This document shows, piece after piece, positions 19,012 to 29,176 of a stretch of DNA of 64,000 bases. Each line of letters starts with the position of its first letter. Position 1 is the first letter of the stretch. Made by a program: the position numbers and the translations under genes. Location of the stretch: NCBI GenBank assembly GCA_964385945.1, contig CAYLQJ010000001.1, positions 8,034 to 72,033 of the forward strand. The letters are read 5' to 3'. Under the pieces are notes generated by a model. The model did not search any database. It was not told where the DNA came from and saw only the letters and a list, made by a program, of their open reading frames with translations. The stretch is from an uncultured Candidatus Saccharibacteria bacterium (GTDB taxonomy: Bacteria; Patescibacteriota; Minisyncoccia; Phycocordibacterales; UBA9973).

Positions 19012-20289
19012 TTATTTATCTTTTCTTTTTATAAATTCCATGCCTCCCATATAAGGACGCAATACTTCAGGGATTTTGATACTACCGTCTTCTTGCTGAT
19101 AGTTTTCGATTAATGATGCAGGTAAACGTGAAGTCGCACAAGCAGTATTGTTTAATGAATGCACAAAACGTAGCTTGCCGTCGTCGTCTCTATAACGAAT
19201 ATTTAAACGACGAGTTTGAAAATCATGAAAGTATGAAGAAGAATGAGTTTCACGATATTTATCTTGGGATGGCATCCAAGCTTCGATATCGTATTTCTTG
19301 ACTTGTCCAAGACCTAAGTCTCCTCCGCAGTTCACCACCACATGATAAGGTAAACGCAATTCTTGCATTAAATATTCTACGTGAGCCGTTATCTCTTCGT
19401 GCCATTTTACAGATTCAGCGTGACTAGCCTCAGTGAGAATAACTTGTTCTATTTTGAAAAATTCGTGTACTCGGATAATACCTTTGACGTCTTTGCCATG
19501 CTTGCCGGCTTCCGCTCGGAAACAAGGAGAGAAAGAGATAAACTTTTTAGGTAAATCTGACTTCTCTAGAGTTTCATTCATATGATAGCCCATAGTTGCA
19601 ACTTCGGCTGTACCAGCTAGGTATTCATTCTCACCTACTTTATATAAATCATCTTCTGATTGAGGTAGCATACCTGTACCTATTAGGGATTCTTTACGAA
19701 CCAGAGAAGGTACTATCATTGGAGTATAACCTTTTGATATAAAATAATTTAAAAAATATTGCCACAAAGCAAAGAAAAGCATAGCTCCTTCATTCTTCAT
19801 AAAATATCCGCGAAAACCAGAGACTTTCACTCCGCGTTCAAAATCTACCATATCTAAATCTTCAAGAAGTTTAATGTGATCTTTTGGTTCGAAAGTAAAT
19901 ACTGGCTTTTCTCCCCAAGTTCGAATCTCTACGTTGTCTTCGTCACTCGCTCCTTCAGGGACTGACATATCAGGAACGTTTGGTACATGAACCATAAGTT
20001 TCTGCCATTCTATCATCACCTCTTTTAATTTCTCTTCTCTATTTTTGATATCTTCTTTGACTAGACGCATCTCATCTATGAGTTGGATTTTTAAAGCTGG
20101 GTCTTGATCACGGACTATGTCATTAGAGACTCTATTAACCTCACTTCTGTATTCTTCTATTTCTTTCATGAGTTTTAACCTCTCATCGTCAAGAGTGATA
20201 AGTCTTTCAATATCAATATCTACGTGCTTTTTCTTAGCACCAGAGGCAACTATATCTTTATTTTCACGAATAAATTTTATATCTAGCAT
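19012..20289 (-). CDS. serS: Serine--tRNA ligase
   Basis: MLDIKFIREN start, GTAEV, FRAEAG, RVHEFFKIEQ, HSLNNTA. Confidence 0.97.
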   Translation of the reverse strand: MLDIKFIRENKDIVASGAKKKHVDIDIERLITLDDERLKLMKEIEEYRSEVNRVSNDIVRDQDPALKIQLIDEMRLVKEDIKNREEKLKEVMIEWQKLMVHVPNVPDMSVPEGASDEDNVEIRTWGEKPVFTFEPKDHIKLLEDLDMVDFERGVKVSGFRGYFMKNEGAMLFFALWQYFLNYFISKGYTPMIVPSLVRKESLIGTGMLPQSEDDLYKVGENEYLAGTAEVATMGYHMNETLEKSDLPKKFISFSPCFRAEAGKHGKDVKGIIRVHEFFKIEQVILTEASHAESVKWHEEITAHVEYLMQELRLPYHVVVNCGGDLGLGQVKKYDIEAWMPSQDKYRETHSSSYFHDFQTRRLNIRYRDDDGKLRFVHSLNNTACATSRLPASLIENYQQEDGSIKIPEVLRPYMGGMEFIKRKDK

Positions 20290-20453
20290 AAATATAGTAT
20301 ATAATATTGTTAAGAGAAAAACAAAATAATTTTTAATTTTTAACAAAATGGATCTCGTTAAGTATTTTAAATAACGGGTATAAATATATTAATATAATTA
20401 AAGAATGATTAACGTGTAATAGTATTGTAAGATAATCAAAAATATTTAACGGG

Positions 20454-21314
20454 ATGGAAATAAAAAAATTAGCAAAAGAATATTGGCCAATAGGACTAGA
20501 CGAAATCCCTCAACCTCCGGAGGAACTCTATATCTTGGGTGAATTCCCAGAGGAAGATCTCATATATCTCTGTGTCGTCGGTTCTCGCAAATTCACTTCT
20601 TATGGACGTGAAGTCTGTGAGAAGTTAATAGCTGGATTGAAAGGCTATCCGATAGCTATTGTTTCCGGCTTTGCTATCGGTATCGATACTATTGCTCACA
20701 AGAAAGCACTCGAGATAGGACTGAAGACTTTAGTCTTCCCGGGTTCCGGACTTGGTAAAGATGCAATCTACCCAAAAACTAATATTAAAATAATGGAAGA
20801 AGTTATAAATAAAGGAGGATGCTTTATTTCAGAATACGAACCTGACTTCAAAGCAACACAATGGTCTTTCCCAATGAGAAATAGACTTATGGCAGGGATA
20901 TCGAAAGCTGTGTTAGTAATAGAAGCTGAAGAGCGTTCAGGGACTATGATAACAGCTCGCCTCGCCACAGAATATAATAGAGACGTCTTGGCGATCCCAG
21001 GTCCGATATTCTCGCCGAATTCTAAAGGTACCAATAAACTTCTTCGTCTCGGAGCGACTCCAATCACGAACTCGCTCGAACTCTTAGAAGCATTAGGTTT
21101 TGAAACAGAACAAGATGAAAATATCCAACAGAAACTTTTTGAAGATTTATCAGAAGAAGAAAAGAAAGTTATAAAAATACTAAGAGAACCAAAATCTAGA
21201 GATGAATTAATAAATGAATTAAATATGCCAATACAAAAAGCAAATTCTTTACTCTCAGTGATGGAAATAAAAAATCTAATAAAAGAAGAAATGGGAGAAA
21301 TGAGATTAAAATAA
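20454..21314 (+). CDS. dprA: DNA-processing protein DprA
   Basis: VVGSR, VSGFAIGIDTIAH, FPMRNRLMAG, SGTMITA. Confidence 0.96.
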   Translation: MEIKKLAKEYWPIGLDEIPQPPEELYILGEFPEEDLIYLCVVGSRKFTSYGREVCEKLIAGLKGYPIAIVSGFAIGIDTIAHKKALEIGLKTLVFPGSGLGKDAIYPKTNIKIMEEVINKGGCFISEYEPDFKATQWSFPMRNRLMAGISKAVLVIEAEERSGTMITARLATEYNRDVLAIPGPIFSPNSKGTNKLLRLGATPITNSLELLEALGFETEQDENIQQKLFEDLSEEEKKVIKILREPKSRDELINELNMPIQKANSLLSVMEIKNLIKEEMGEMRLK

Positions 21315-21316
21315 AA

Positions 21317-21345
21317 ATAGGCATCTTTTTTAAAAGACGCCTATT
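21317..21345. terminator. Hairpin terminator between convergent genes
   Basis: ATAGGCATCTTTT..AAAAGACGCCTAT. Confidence 0.65.
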
Positions 21346-21372
21346 GTTAATGATTGAGTTAGGTTGCAAAAC

Positions 21373-21891
21373 TTAACTTTTTTTACGAATAATCCCATTT
21401 TTATCTCCTTCAAGGATAACGATTTTCTTCTTTAAAGCTTTTTGATCAAAAAACAATCTTGATCCTTCACCCGAAGTTAATTTATAAAATTTTTTTGGGC
21501 TTACTTTTTTTGAAGTGCTCATACTCGAGTACACAACACTATCTTGATGTTCTGACCAAAGACAAATCTGATAATACCCGTCGTCATTCAAACAATACAC
21601 AAAAAAGTTGTCTTTGTTGGAAATAATACCATCACCATCACCATCACCATCACCCAAAAAAACTTTTATCTCTTTTGGTGATGCTTCATTATAAACAACT
21701 CGACATCTTGTCTTTTTTTTGATTTTTAACACTTCAACAGCATTTTCACACTCAATCCCAATATTAGGATCAGAGAAAATGGGCGTATTTTCCGGTAAAA
21801 TTTTTATTGTATCGTAATTTAAGGGAACTAAATTACGACCACAAGAAATTAAAAGAACTAAAAAAAAGAAAAAGAAAATCTGATTTTTCAT
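21373..21891 (-). CDS. Putative lipoprotein with a GD repeat
   Basis: Lipobox-like LISC after a hydrophobic stretch; (ACCATC)4 repeat at 21628-21654. Confidence 0.65.
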   Translation of the reverse strand: MKNQIFFFFFLVLLISCGRNLVPLNYDTIKILPENTPIFSDPNIGIECENAVEVLKIKKKTRCRVVYNEASPKEIKVFLGDGDGDGDGIISNKDNFFVYCLNDDGYYQICLWSEHQDSVVYSSMSTSKKVSPKKFYKLTSGEGSRLFFDQKALKKKIVILEGDKNGIIRKKS

Positions 21892-21969
21892 TTTTAATAT
21901 TTTTGATGTTATTGGAACAATTTATCATAAAAATATTAACATATCTTAGTAATTTTGTCAAAAAAAGTA

Positions 21970-22455
21970 TTAGTCCTCTTCCTCCTTTTCGTTGTTAGAA
22001 TATTTGCCTGTATTAGTGTTTGATTTTTGAGTTGTTGTATTAACAGTATTTATTGTATTGATTGATTCAGAATTTACAGACTGACCAAGATCCCCAATAT
22101 AATAGTCTTTCAATAAATTCCAAGCAAAGTTCGAATGAATAGCGGAGAATACCGCTGAAGCTTCCCCTCCACATTCATCTACTATCTTTTTCACTCCTCC
22201 CGGATGAGCATCAATAAAAGAAGCGACACTATAAACAGAACCTTTTACAATAAGATAACAATCTTGTTTCGTATTGTGCTTGGCGATTTCTGCTAAATCC
22301 AAAGTCACTACAGGTAAAGACGGATTCGGGACTACTTTGATATTTTGGGTATTATTCACCGGACTATTAATAGTACCTACCGGCAAAAAAGCTAGAGATA
22401 CAATACCTCCAACAAAAATAATAAAAGATGCAAGTGTTAGATATTTTAATTTCAT
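21970..22455 (-). CDS. Cytochrome b5-like heme-binding protein, membrane anchored
   Basis: EIAKHNTKQDCYLIV.G.VY...HPGG...H motifs. Confidence 0.9.
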   Translation of the reverse strand: MKLKYLTLASFIIFVGGIVSLAFLPVGTINSPVNNTQNIKVVPNPSLPVVTLDLAEIAKHNTKQDCYLIVKGSVYSVASFIDAHPGGVKKIVDECGGEASAVFSAIHSNFAWNLLKDYYIGDLGQSVNSESINTINTVNTTTQKSNTNTGKYSNNEKEEED

Positions 22456-22468
22456 ATATTTTTTAATT

Positions 22469-23767
22469 TTATAGACTAAATTCTTCTGAATAAATAGAAC
22501 TTCCTGGAACGCCTTTTAAAGAGAATTGCTTCTTTAAAGCTCGAATCATAAATACTGGCGAGCAAATAAAAATACTTTTATTGTCGATAGAGCCAGATTT
22601 TTCTTTAATAATATCTGCATTGATGAAACCCATAGTATCAGAAAAATGAGGAATAATATTTACCTTGTCGTCTTTTAAAGCTAAAAGTTCTTCTAGATAA
22701 ACTGCTTCTTTAGAATTACGTACACAATAATACAAATCCACGTCATAGCCGTTTTCTTTCTGGATAGATTTCGCCATACTTAAAAATGGAGTGACGCCTA
22801 TGCCTCCGGCGATCCAGATTTGTTTCTTGGAGTTGGCAGTATTGTATGAAAACTTTCCGAAAGGTCCTTCTATATTTGCTATTGTGCCTACTTTTAGATT
22901 TTTGACCCTAGAGGTAAAGTCTCCGAGATTTTTAATTGTGAAAGAAATATTATTTTCTCCTTCTTTAGATGAAAGAGAAAATGGATGACTCTCCCGCCCC
23001 GTCTCGGCGCTATCAAAACTAATAAAAGCGTATTGCCCAGATTTAAAAGGAATCTTCTCTCCTTTTGTAGCTAGTATCACTTCAGTAATATTTTCTCCTA
23101 AATCTTTCACCTCATACACAGCGTATTTATATTTTTTAGTAGTATAAATTCCTAGAACGGTATGATAAATATATGAATAAATAGCTACAGCCGAAATAAA
23201 AAGCATATAGACACGAAGTGGCAAGAAACTAGAAGTATCACTCGGTATTAGAAATACATGAAGTCCGGCTAAGAAAAAAGCGATTCCCATGAATTTATGA
23301 GTCCATTTCCAAATATTATACTTAGGTCGGAAATATAAAGTTAGGAATATTAGAACGATCATTAGATAAACAGCTATGATTCCAAAATTATTAGCCCAAG
23401 TATAAGGACTAGGGGTCAAGAAAGAAATAGCTCGATCGAAAGACAAATCAGTATATTTATAAAGTAGTAGCAAAGGATGAAAAAGCATCATCATAAAAGC
23501 TATCTGCCCTATCTGATTGTGACGTTCGTAAACTTTATTTAATCCATAAAAGATATTTTCTAGAAAATGAAACCGAGCCGAGAGGATTAATGAAGTCGCA
23601 AATAAAGTCATACCTAAAATCCCGGCGACTTTCCCGAGCAGTAGAGTCGTATTGTAAGTAGTACTAAAATCAAAAACAAAACTTGGCGAAATAAACAATA
23701 AGACAAGAGCCACGAGTTGAATAATAAAGACAAAAATTATACCTAAATTGTATTTTATATTTTTCAT
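22469..23767 (-). CDS. Ferric reductase-like transmembrane protein with FAD/NAD-binding domains
   Basis: TM His pairs, HPFSLSS, EGPFG, IAGGIGVTPF, C-terminal EEF. Confidence 0.9.
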   Translation of the reverse strand: MKNIKYNLGIIFVFIIQLVALVLLFISPSFVFDFSTTYNTTLLLGKVAGILGMTLFATSLILSARFHFLENIFYGLNKVYERHNQIGQIAFMMMLFHPLLLLYKYTDLSFDRAISFLTPSPYTWANNFGIIAVYLMIVLIFLTLYFRPKYNIWKWTHKFMGIAFFLAGLHVFLIPSDTSSFLPLRVYMLFISAVAIYSYIYHTVLGIYTTKKYKYAVYEVKDLGENITEVILATKGEKIPFKSGQYAFISFDSAETGRESHPFSLSSKEGENNISFTIKNLGDFTSRVKNLKVGTIANIEGPFGKFSYNTANSKKQIWIAGGIGVTPFLSMAKSIQKENGYDVDLYYCVRNSKEAVYLEELLALKDDKVNIIPHFSDTMGFINADIIKEKSGSIDNKSIFICSPVFMIRALKKQFSLKGVPGSSIYSEEFSL

Positions 23768-23830
23768 AATTTCTGAAATTATATCACAAAATTTGCCAAA
23801 AAAATATAATTCGTGTAATACTTAGGAATA

Positions 23831-26038
23831 ATGAAACTATTAATTGTAGAGTCACCAAGTAAAGCAAAGACCATCGAGAAGTATCTCGAAGGTGCTTTTA
23901 CTGTGCGTGCATCAGTCGGACATATACGAGATTTACCAAAATCGAACAAGCAAGCTATAGATATAGAAGGTGGATTTATTCCTCATTATGAGATCTCAAA
24001 AGGTAAAGAAAAAGTCGTTCACGAACTCCAAGACTTGGCTAAGAAAGCAACTCAGATATTACTCGCGACGGACCCCGACCGTGAAGGAGAAGCTATTGCT
24101 TGGCATATTGAAGAAATATTAAAACAGGACAAGAAAATCAAAGCTCCTATCAAGAGAGTGACTTTTCACGAAATCACAAAGAGAGCTGTTGAAGAAGCTC
24201 TCAAAGAACCTCGAGAAATAGATACAAATTTAAGAAAAGCTCAAGAAGCTCGTAGAGTGCTCGATAGACTCGTAGGATATGACCTCTCTGGAATAATCTG
24301 GAAAAAAGTACGTTATGGACTCTCGGCTGGACGGGTGCAATCTCCAGCACTCCGTATCATCATGGAACGCGAACGCGAGATTCGGGCTTTTATTCCGGAA
24401 AAATATTTTAGAATTTGGGGAGATTTCAAAACTATCAAGAAAGAAGATATTAGACTTGAATGCGTCGAAGAACCAAGAGATGAAAAATTAGTAGATAGAA
24501 TTCTAGAAATTGGTAACAAGGGTTCTTGGATAGTGGACGAAGTTAAAGAGAGTGAACAAAAAAGAGTCGCTCGTGCACCTTTCACAACTTCAAGCTTGCA
24601 ACAAACAGCTTCTTCCCGTCTCGGATATTCACCTTCCCGTACGATGCAACTCGCTCAGAAATTATACGAAGCAGGTCATATTACTTATATGCGTACCGAT
24701 AGTACAAATCTCTCGAAAGACTCTCAAGCTCAATTTTTAAAATTTATTCAAAAAGAATACGGCTCTGAATACGCCGAAGCTCATACTTATAAAACCAAAT
24801 CTAAAAACGCTCAAGAGGCTCACGAAGCTATACGTCCGACTCATGTCGAGGTGATGCATGCCGGTACCGAAGAGCAACAAAAACTCTACCGACTTATCTG
24901 GGAGAGAGCTGTATCAAGTCAGATGACTGATGCAAAATTACTGAAAACTAAAATCAAAGCCGTCATCGAAGGTCAACCTGATCTACCTGGTTTTGCTGCG
25001 AATGGATCTAGACTACTTTTCCCTGGATGGCTCAAAGTAGACTCTGGAGCGCGAGGTGAAGACGTAGAATTACCAATATGTAAAGTGGGTGAAAAATTGG
25101 AATTAATACAACTTGAAAAATTAGAGAAATTTACTGAACCACCTGGTAGATATAGTGAAGCTGGACTCGTAAAAGAACTAGAAGAACGCGGTATCGGGCG
25201 TCCGTCTACATACGCGTCCATCATGCGTACACTCGAGGATCGTGAATATGTAAAAAAAGAAGGCAAGACTTTATTCCCTACTGATACCGGTGAAGTTGTA
25301 TCTGATTTCCTAGAGACAAATTTTGCAGAATATATCTCAGATACTTTCACCGCCGAAATGGAAGACGAGCTTGATGAGATTTCTCGCGGAGAAAGAGAGT
25401 ATGTAAAAACTCTCAAGGATTTTTATGGACCATTCTTAAAAGATGTGAAGATTAAAGATAAACTCGAAAAAGCTACAAACTTAGGAGATGCACCGGAAGG
25501 TACAGTCTGTCCGAAATGTGGTAAAAAAATGATTATCAAACTTGCTCGCGCTGGTAAATTCTATTCTTGTAGTGACTATCCAGAATGTACAGGAGCTCTA
25601 ACTCTCGACGGTAAAGAGCTCGAAGGACCAAAAGAAATAGGCGAAATGTGCCCTGTCTGTGGTGAGAAAAAAGGTAAATCAGGTGGAGGCAAACTCGTCA
25701 TACGTGAGAGACGTGACGGTACAGGGACTTTTATTTCTTGTTCTCGTTATCCTAAATGTAAATTCGTAAAGCAAGATGAAGAAGAAGTGAAAAGAAAAAC
25801 TACCGACGTCCTCTGCCCTGTTTGTAAAAAGGCCAACATGATGGAACGTCGTGGTAGATTTGGAATTTTTTATTCTTGTGCGAATTATCCTGATTGTAAA
25901 AACGCTATCAAAGCGAAACCAACTGGCAATATCTGCCCTATGTGTCAAAGTCTAATGATGGAAGGCACAAAAACAATCCCAGAGAGATGCAGTAATAAGT
26001 TGTGTGTAAACCATAACCCGCATAAATTAATGAAGTAG
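23831..26038 (+). CDS. topA: DNA topoisomerase I
   Basis: LLIVESPSKAKTI, ATDPDREGEAI, SAGRVQ, ITYMRTD, C-terminal zinc ribbons. Confidence 0.98.
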   Translation: MKLLIVESPSKAKTIEKYLEGAFTVRASVGHIRDLPKSNKQAIDIEGGFIPHYEISKGKEKVVHELQDLAKKATQILLATDPDREGEAIAWHIEEILKQDKKIKAPIKRVTFHEITKRAVEEALKEPREIDTNLRKAQEARRVLDRLVGYDLSGIIWKKVRYGLSAGRVQSPALRIIMEREREIRAFIPEKYFRIWGDFKTIKKEDIRLECVEEPRDEKLVDRILEIGNKGSWIVDEVKESEQKRVARAPFTTSSLQQTASSRLGYSPSRTMQLAQKLYEAGHITYMRTDSTNLSKDSQAQFLKFIQKEYGSEYAEAHTYKTKSKNAQEAHEAIRPTHVEVMHAGTEEQQKLYRLIWERAVSSQMTDAKLLKTKIKAVIEGQPDLPGFAANGSRLLFPGWLKVDSGARGEDVELPICKVGEKLELIQLEKLEKFTEPPGRYSEAGLVKELEERGIGRPSTYASIMRTLEDREYVKKEGKTLFPTDTGEVVSDFLETNFAEYISDTFTAEMEDELDEISRGEREYVKTLKDFYGPFLKDVKIKDKLEKATNLGDAPEGTVCPKCGKKMIIKLARAGKFYSCSDYPECTGALTLDGKELEGPKEIGEMCPVCGEKKGKSGGGKLVIRERRDGTGTFISCSRYPKCKFVKQDEEEVKRKTTDVLCPVCKKANMMERRGRFGIFYSCANYPDCKNAIKAKPTGNICPMCQSLMMEGTKTIPERCSNKLCVNHNPHKLMK

Positions 26039-26045
26039 TTTTGAA

Positions 26046-26187
26046 GCATTTAGCCTTCGCTAAATGCGAAATAGGTTTTTGTGAAGCGGAGCTATATTTT
26101 TTCAGCAGAAAAAATAGCGAGCTTGGGTCGCGAAAAATTCGAGCGACGGCGAGAATTTATTTGTGACCAAAGACTATTCCAAAAACC
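26046..26187. repeat. Multi-hairpin intergenic element
   Basis: GCATTTAGC-cttc-GCTAAATGC followed by a GGTTTTTG...CAAAAACC-closed structure with two bulged internal hairpins. Confidence 0.55.
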
Positions 26188-26228
26188 ATTTATTTGCTTT
26201 TATTTCTTAAAATAGTGATAATAAATAA

Positions 26229-27701
26229 ATGACAGATTACAAAGAAATCATAAAACTAATCGAAGGTGGTGTAAGTAAAAACGACGAAACTTTAATTGAA
26301 AAAGCTTACCATTTCGCTATGCGCGCTCACGAAGGTCAGAAAAGAATGAGTGGCGAACCATATTTTATTCATGTCTTTGAAACTGCAAAGATCCTCGCCC
26401 GTCTCGGTATGGACGCTAAGACAATCTCGGCTGGACTTATGCACGACGTCCTAGAAGATACAGAAATAACAGAAGAAGAAATGCAAAAAGAATTCGGAGA
26501 AGAAATAGTATTCTTAGTAAAAGGTGTTACCAAACTCGGAACTCTAAAATACAGAGGTCATGATAGGCACGTTGAAAGTCTCAGGAAATTCTTTGTAGCT
26601 ATGGCGAATGACTTGCGTGTGGTTATTATTAAATTCGCAGATAGATTGCACAATCTAAGAACTTTAGAACACGTACGCGAAGACAAGCGCGAACGTATTG
26701 CACTCGAATCTATTCAGATATATGCCCCACTTGCGAATCGTCTCGGTATGGGTAAATTAAAAAGCGAAATCGAGGAAGAAGCTTTCCCTTATGCATATCA
26801 AAAAGAATATAAAAAAGTAAATGACCTCCTAGAAGAAAGAAAAGAAGAATATCACGAAAATTTAGAACAAATAAAAAATGAACTAGAAAAAGATTTAAAA
26901 GACAACAATATAAATTTTAGTGAAATAAGTTATCGTGTAAAAACCAAGTACAGTCTCTGGAAGAAATTGGAACGCTACGATATGGACTTAGACAAGATTC
27001 ATGATATTGTCGCTATACGTGTAGTAGTAGAAAGTTTAGAAGATTGTTATCGTATATTAGGTATTATTCACTCTATCTGGAAACCGATGCTTGGCCGTAT
27101 TAAAGATTATATTTCTTTACCTAAACCCAACGGCTACAGATCTCTCCATACTACAGTCTTCACAGGTAAAACTGGTATCGCTGAGATACAGATAAGAACT
27201 AAAGAAATGCATGCCGAGGCAGCCTACGGTATCGCAGCTCACTTTGCTTACAAAGAAAATGGTAGTGAAAAAGCAGAAAATGATAAAGGTAAATTCGAAT
27301 GGGTAGAACAATTAAAAGAATTAAACTACAATCCTGACAAGCCTCAAACTTTTTTTGAAAATCTTAAAACCGACTTTTTTAATGACCGCATATTTATACT
27401 CACTCCTAAAGGAGACGTCGTTGATTTACCAGAAAATTCCAGCCCGATAGATTTCGCTTATGCTATCCACTCAGATATCGGAGATCATATCTCAGCAGTT
27501 CGTATCAACGGTAAAATGGTCCAGATATTCTCTACTCTAAAAAATGGAGATATCGTCGAGATAATAACTAAAAAAGATGCGAACCCTTCTCGAAAATGGT
27601 TAGAGCATGCTAAAACTAACATCGCTCGCAAACATATCAGATCTTATTTAGAGAATCACGATACCGGAATACTTTCAAGAATTAGAAATTTTGGACAATA
27701 A
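26229..27701 (+). CDS. rel: RelA/SpoT family (p)ppGpp synthetase/hydrolase (HD + synthetase + TGS, no ACT)
   Basis: HDVLED, ADRLHN, KDYISLPKPNGYRSLHT, EIQIRT, TPKGD...DFAYAIH. Confidence 0.93.
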   Translation: MTDYKEIIKLIEGGVSKNDETLIEKAYHFAMRAHEGQKRMSGEPYFIHVFETAKILARLGMDAKTISAGLMHDVLEDTEITEEEMQKEFGEEIVFLVKGVTKLGTLKYRGHDRHVESLRKFFVAMANDLRVVIIKFADRLHNLRTLEHVREDKRERIALESIQIYAPLANRLGMGKLKSEIEEEAFPYAYQKEYKKVNDLLEERKEEYHENLEQIKNELEKDLKDNNINFSEISYRVKTKYSLWKKLERYDMDLDKIHDIVAIRVVVESLEDCYRILGIIHSIWKPMLGRIKDYISLPKPNGYRSLHTTVFTGKTGIAEIQIRTKEMHAEAAYGIAAHFAYKENGSEKAENDKGKFEWVEQLKELNYNPDKPQTFFENLKTDFFNDRIFILTPKGDVVDLPENSSPIDFAYAIHSDIGDHISAVRINGKMVQIFSTLKNGDIVEIITKKDANPSRKWLEHAKTNIARKHIRSYLENHDTGILSRIRNFGQ

Positions 27702-27734
27702 AAAAAGAGGATGCGTAATGCATCCTCTTTTTTA
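27701..27734. terminator. Bidirectional intrinsic terminator
   Basis: AAAAAAGAGGATGC-gtaat-GCATCCTCTTTTTT. Confidence 0.85.
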
Positions 27735-27740
27735 TTTTTA

Positions 27741-28928
27741 CTAAACGCTGAAGTTAGAAATATTATATAAATCAGTGTTGTCTTCTTCAACTATCTCTTC
27801 TTTACTTCTATCATCAAGCAGTTCCTCTTCTTCTTGTGCAACTAGTTCTTGTTGCTGTTGTTCTTGAGACACTGGAGATATTGGAGGTACTGAAGGGATA
27901 TTATTTTCTATAGTATCGGGAATTGTATTTTCAGCTACAAGTACAGGCTCAGATGTAGGAGCGTTAATCTCTAAAGGTTGCTCGGCGACTACGTTAGTAA
28001 CAACTGGAGTAACTATCGGATTAGTAGCAACATTAGCATTTAAATTATTCAATTCTTTAGTCTTTTCGATATGATTATCAAGGAGAGCGTTGCTACTACC
28101 CGCCCCTGTTTTATTAATCAAATCTAGTATAGATCTCAAATCTTCAGTAGAGAAGAAATCTATTTTTATCTGACCACCGAGGTCTTTCCTGTCTATATGA
28201 ACCCGAGTACCGAGTTTGTCTTGGAATTCTTCTTCAAGTTCGGTAATCTCTGGGTCCGGCATAAATTCTTTCTTGCGAACTCGGTCATAAGCAATCTTAC
28301 GAGCCAATCTCTCGGCTTCACGAACTGTGATTTTCTTGTAGACAATCTCTTTAAATAATACGAGTTGCTCTTCAGGATGATCGGCGAGCATTAGTATCGG
28401 ACGAGTATGACCTTCGCTTATTTTTCCTTCGGATAAAGCGTTCAATACTTCTTCAGGTAAAGATAGTATTCTCAAAGAGTTAGATACATATTCACGACTA
28501 CGGCCCATCTTCTTTGCAACTTCTGCATGAGTGAATTTAAATTCACTCACCAATCGGAAAAAGGCTCGCGCTCGGTCGACAGCATTCAAATCTTCACGTT
28601 GCAAGTTCTCAAGAATAGCGAGCTCGAGTTTCATCAATGAACTATCTCCCACACGGATGATGACTGGGACTTGTAAAACTTGAGCAATCTTAGAAGCGCG
28701 TAGACGTCTCTCTCCAGCAATAAGTTCGTATTCAGTTACGAGTCCACCATCTGCTTTTTCTTTCTCTACACGAGATACAGTCAAAGGTTGGAGCACACCG
28801 TATTGCTTTATAGAGTCTGCTAATTCTAAAAGTCTCGCTTCGTCGAATTCACGACGAGGTTGATAAGGGTTAGGTTTGATTTTATCTGTTTCGATCCAGA
28901 AAATTGAATTGGAATATAAATTAGACAT
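27741..28928 (-). CDS. parB: ParB/Spo0J partition protein with a long acidic low-complexity tail
   Basis: PNPYQPRREF, LIAGERRLRA, ENLQREDL, HTH. Confidence 0.95.
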   Translation of the reverse strand: MSNLYSNSIFWIETDKIKPNPYQPRREFDEARLLELADSIKQYGVLQPLTVSRVEKEKADGGLVTEYELIAGERRLRASKIAQVLQVPVIIRVGDSSLMKLELAILENLQREDLNAVDRARAFFRLVSEFKFTHAEVAKKMGRSREYVSNSLRILSLPEEVLNALSEGKISEGHTRPILMLADHPEEQLVLFKEIVYKKITVREAERLARKIAYDRVRKKEFMPDPEITELEEEFQDKLGTRVHIDRKDLGGQIKIDFFSTEDLRSILDLINKTGAGSSNALLDNHIEKTKELNNLNANVATNPIVTPVVTNVVAEQPLEINAPTSEPVLVAENTIPDTIENNIPSVPPISPVSQEQQQQELVAQEEEELLDDRSKEEIVEEDNTDLYNISNFSV

Positions 28929-29033
28929 AGATTGATTTTAACATAAATATTATATTTTTTATAATATAGCAATCTGTGAATAAAAAGTGTAAAAGTTGAA
29001 TAAATAAGTAAAAAATAGTATTATAAACTAATT

Positions 29034-29115
29034 GCCGGAGTGGCGGAATTGGTAGACGCGCACGACTCAAAATCGTGTATCGCAAGGTGTGAGAGTTCGA
29101 TTCTCTCCTCCGGCA
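29034..29115 (+). tRNA. tRNA-Leu(CAA)
   Basis: GCCGGAGTGGCGGAATTGGTAGACGCGCACGACTCAAAATCGTG...GAGAGTTCGATTCTCTCCTCCGGCA; long variable arm; CCA not encoded. Confidence 0.96.
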
Positions 29116-29140
29116 CAAAATAATTATCCACAGTTATATA

Positions 29141-29169
29141 TTTACAATATATCATATATGATATATTCT
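29141..29169 (+). promoter_or_regulatory. murA promoter (TTTACA-17-TATTCT) overlapped by a perfect 22-bp palindromic operator candidate
   Basis: AATATATCATA|TATGATATATT at 29146-29167. Confidence 0.7.
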
Positions 29170-29176
29170 TTATTAT

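Noticed and set aside
21628-21654. (ACCATC)4 as a phase-variation switch
   Set aside because: A 6-bp unit keeps the frame and would only change the length of a GD linker.
28921-29118. 65-aa ORF in the track
   Set aside because: Antisense shadow of tRNA-Leu (RRRESNSH is a typical reverse-tRNA translation).
29124-29132. oriC at the DnaA box near parB
   Set aside because: Only one box in a very short intergenic space; no box cluster, and no dnaA or dnaN nearby.
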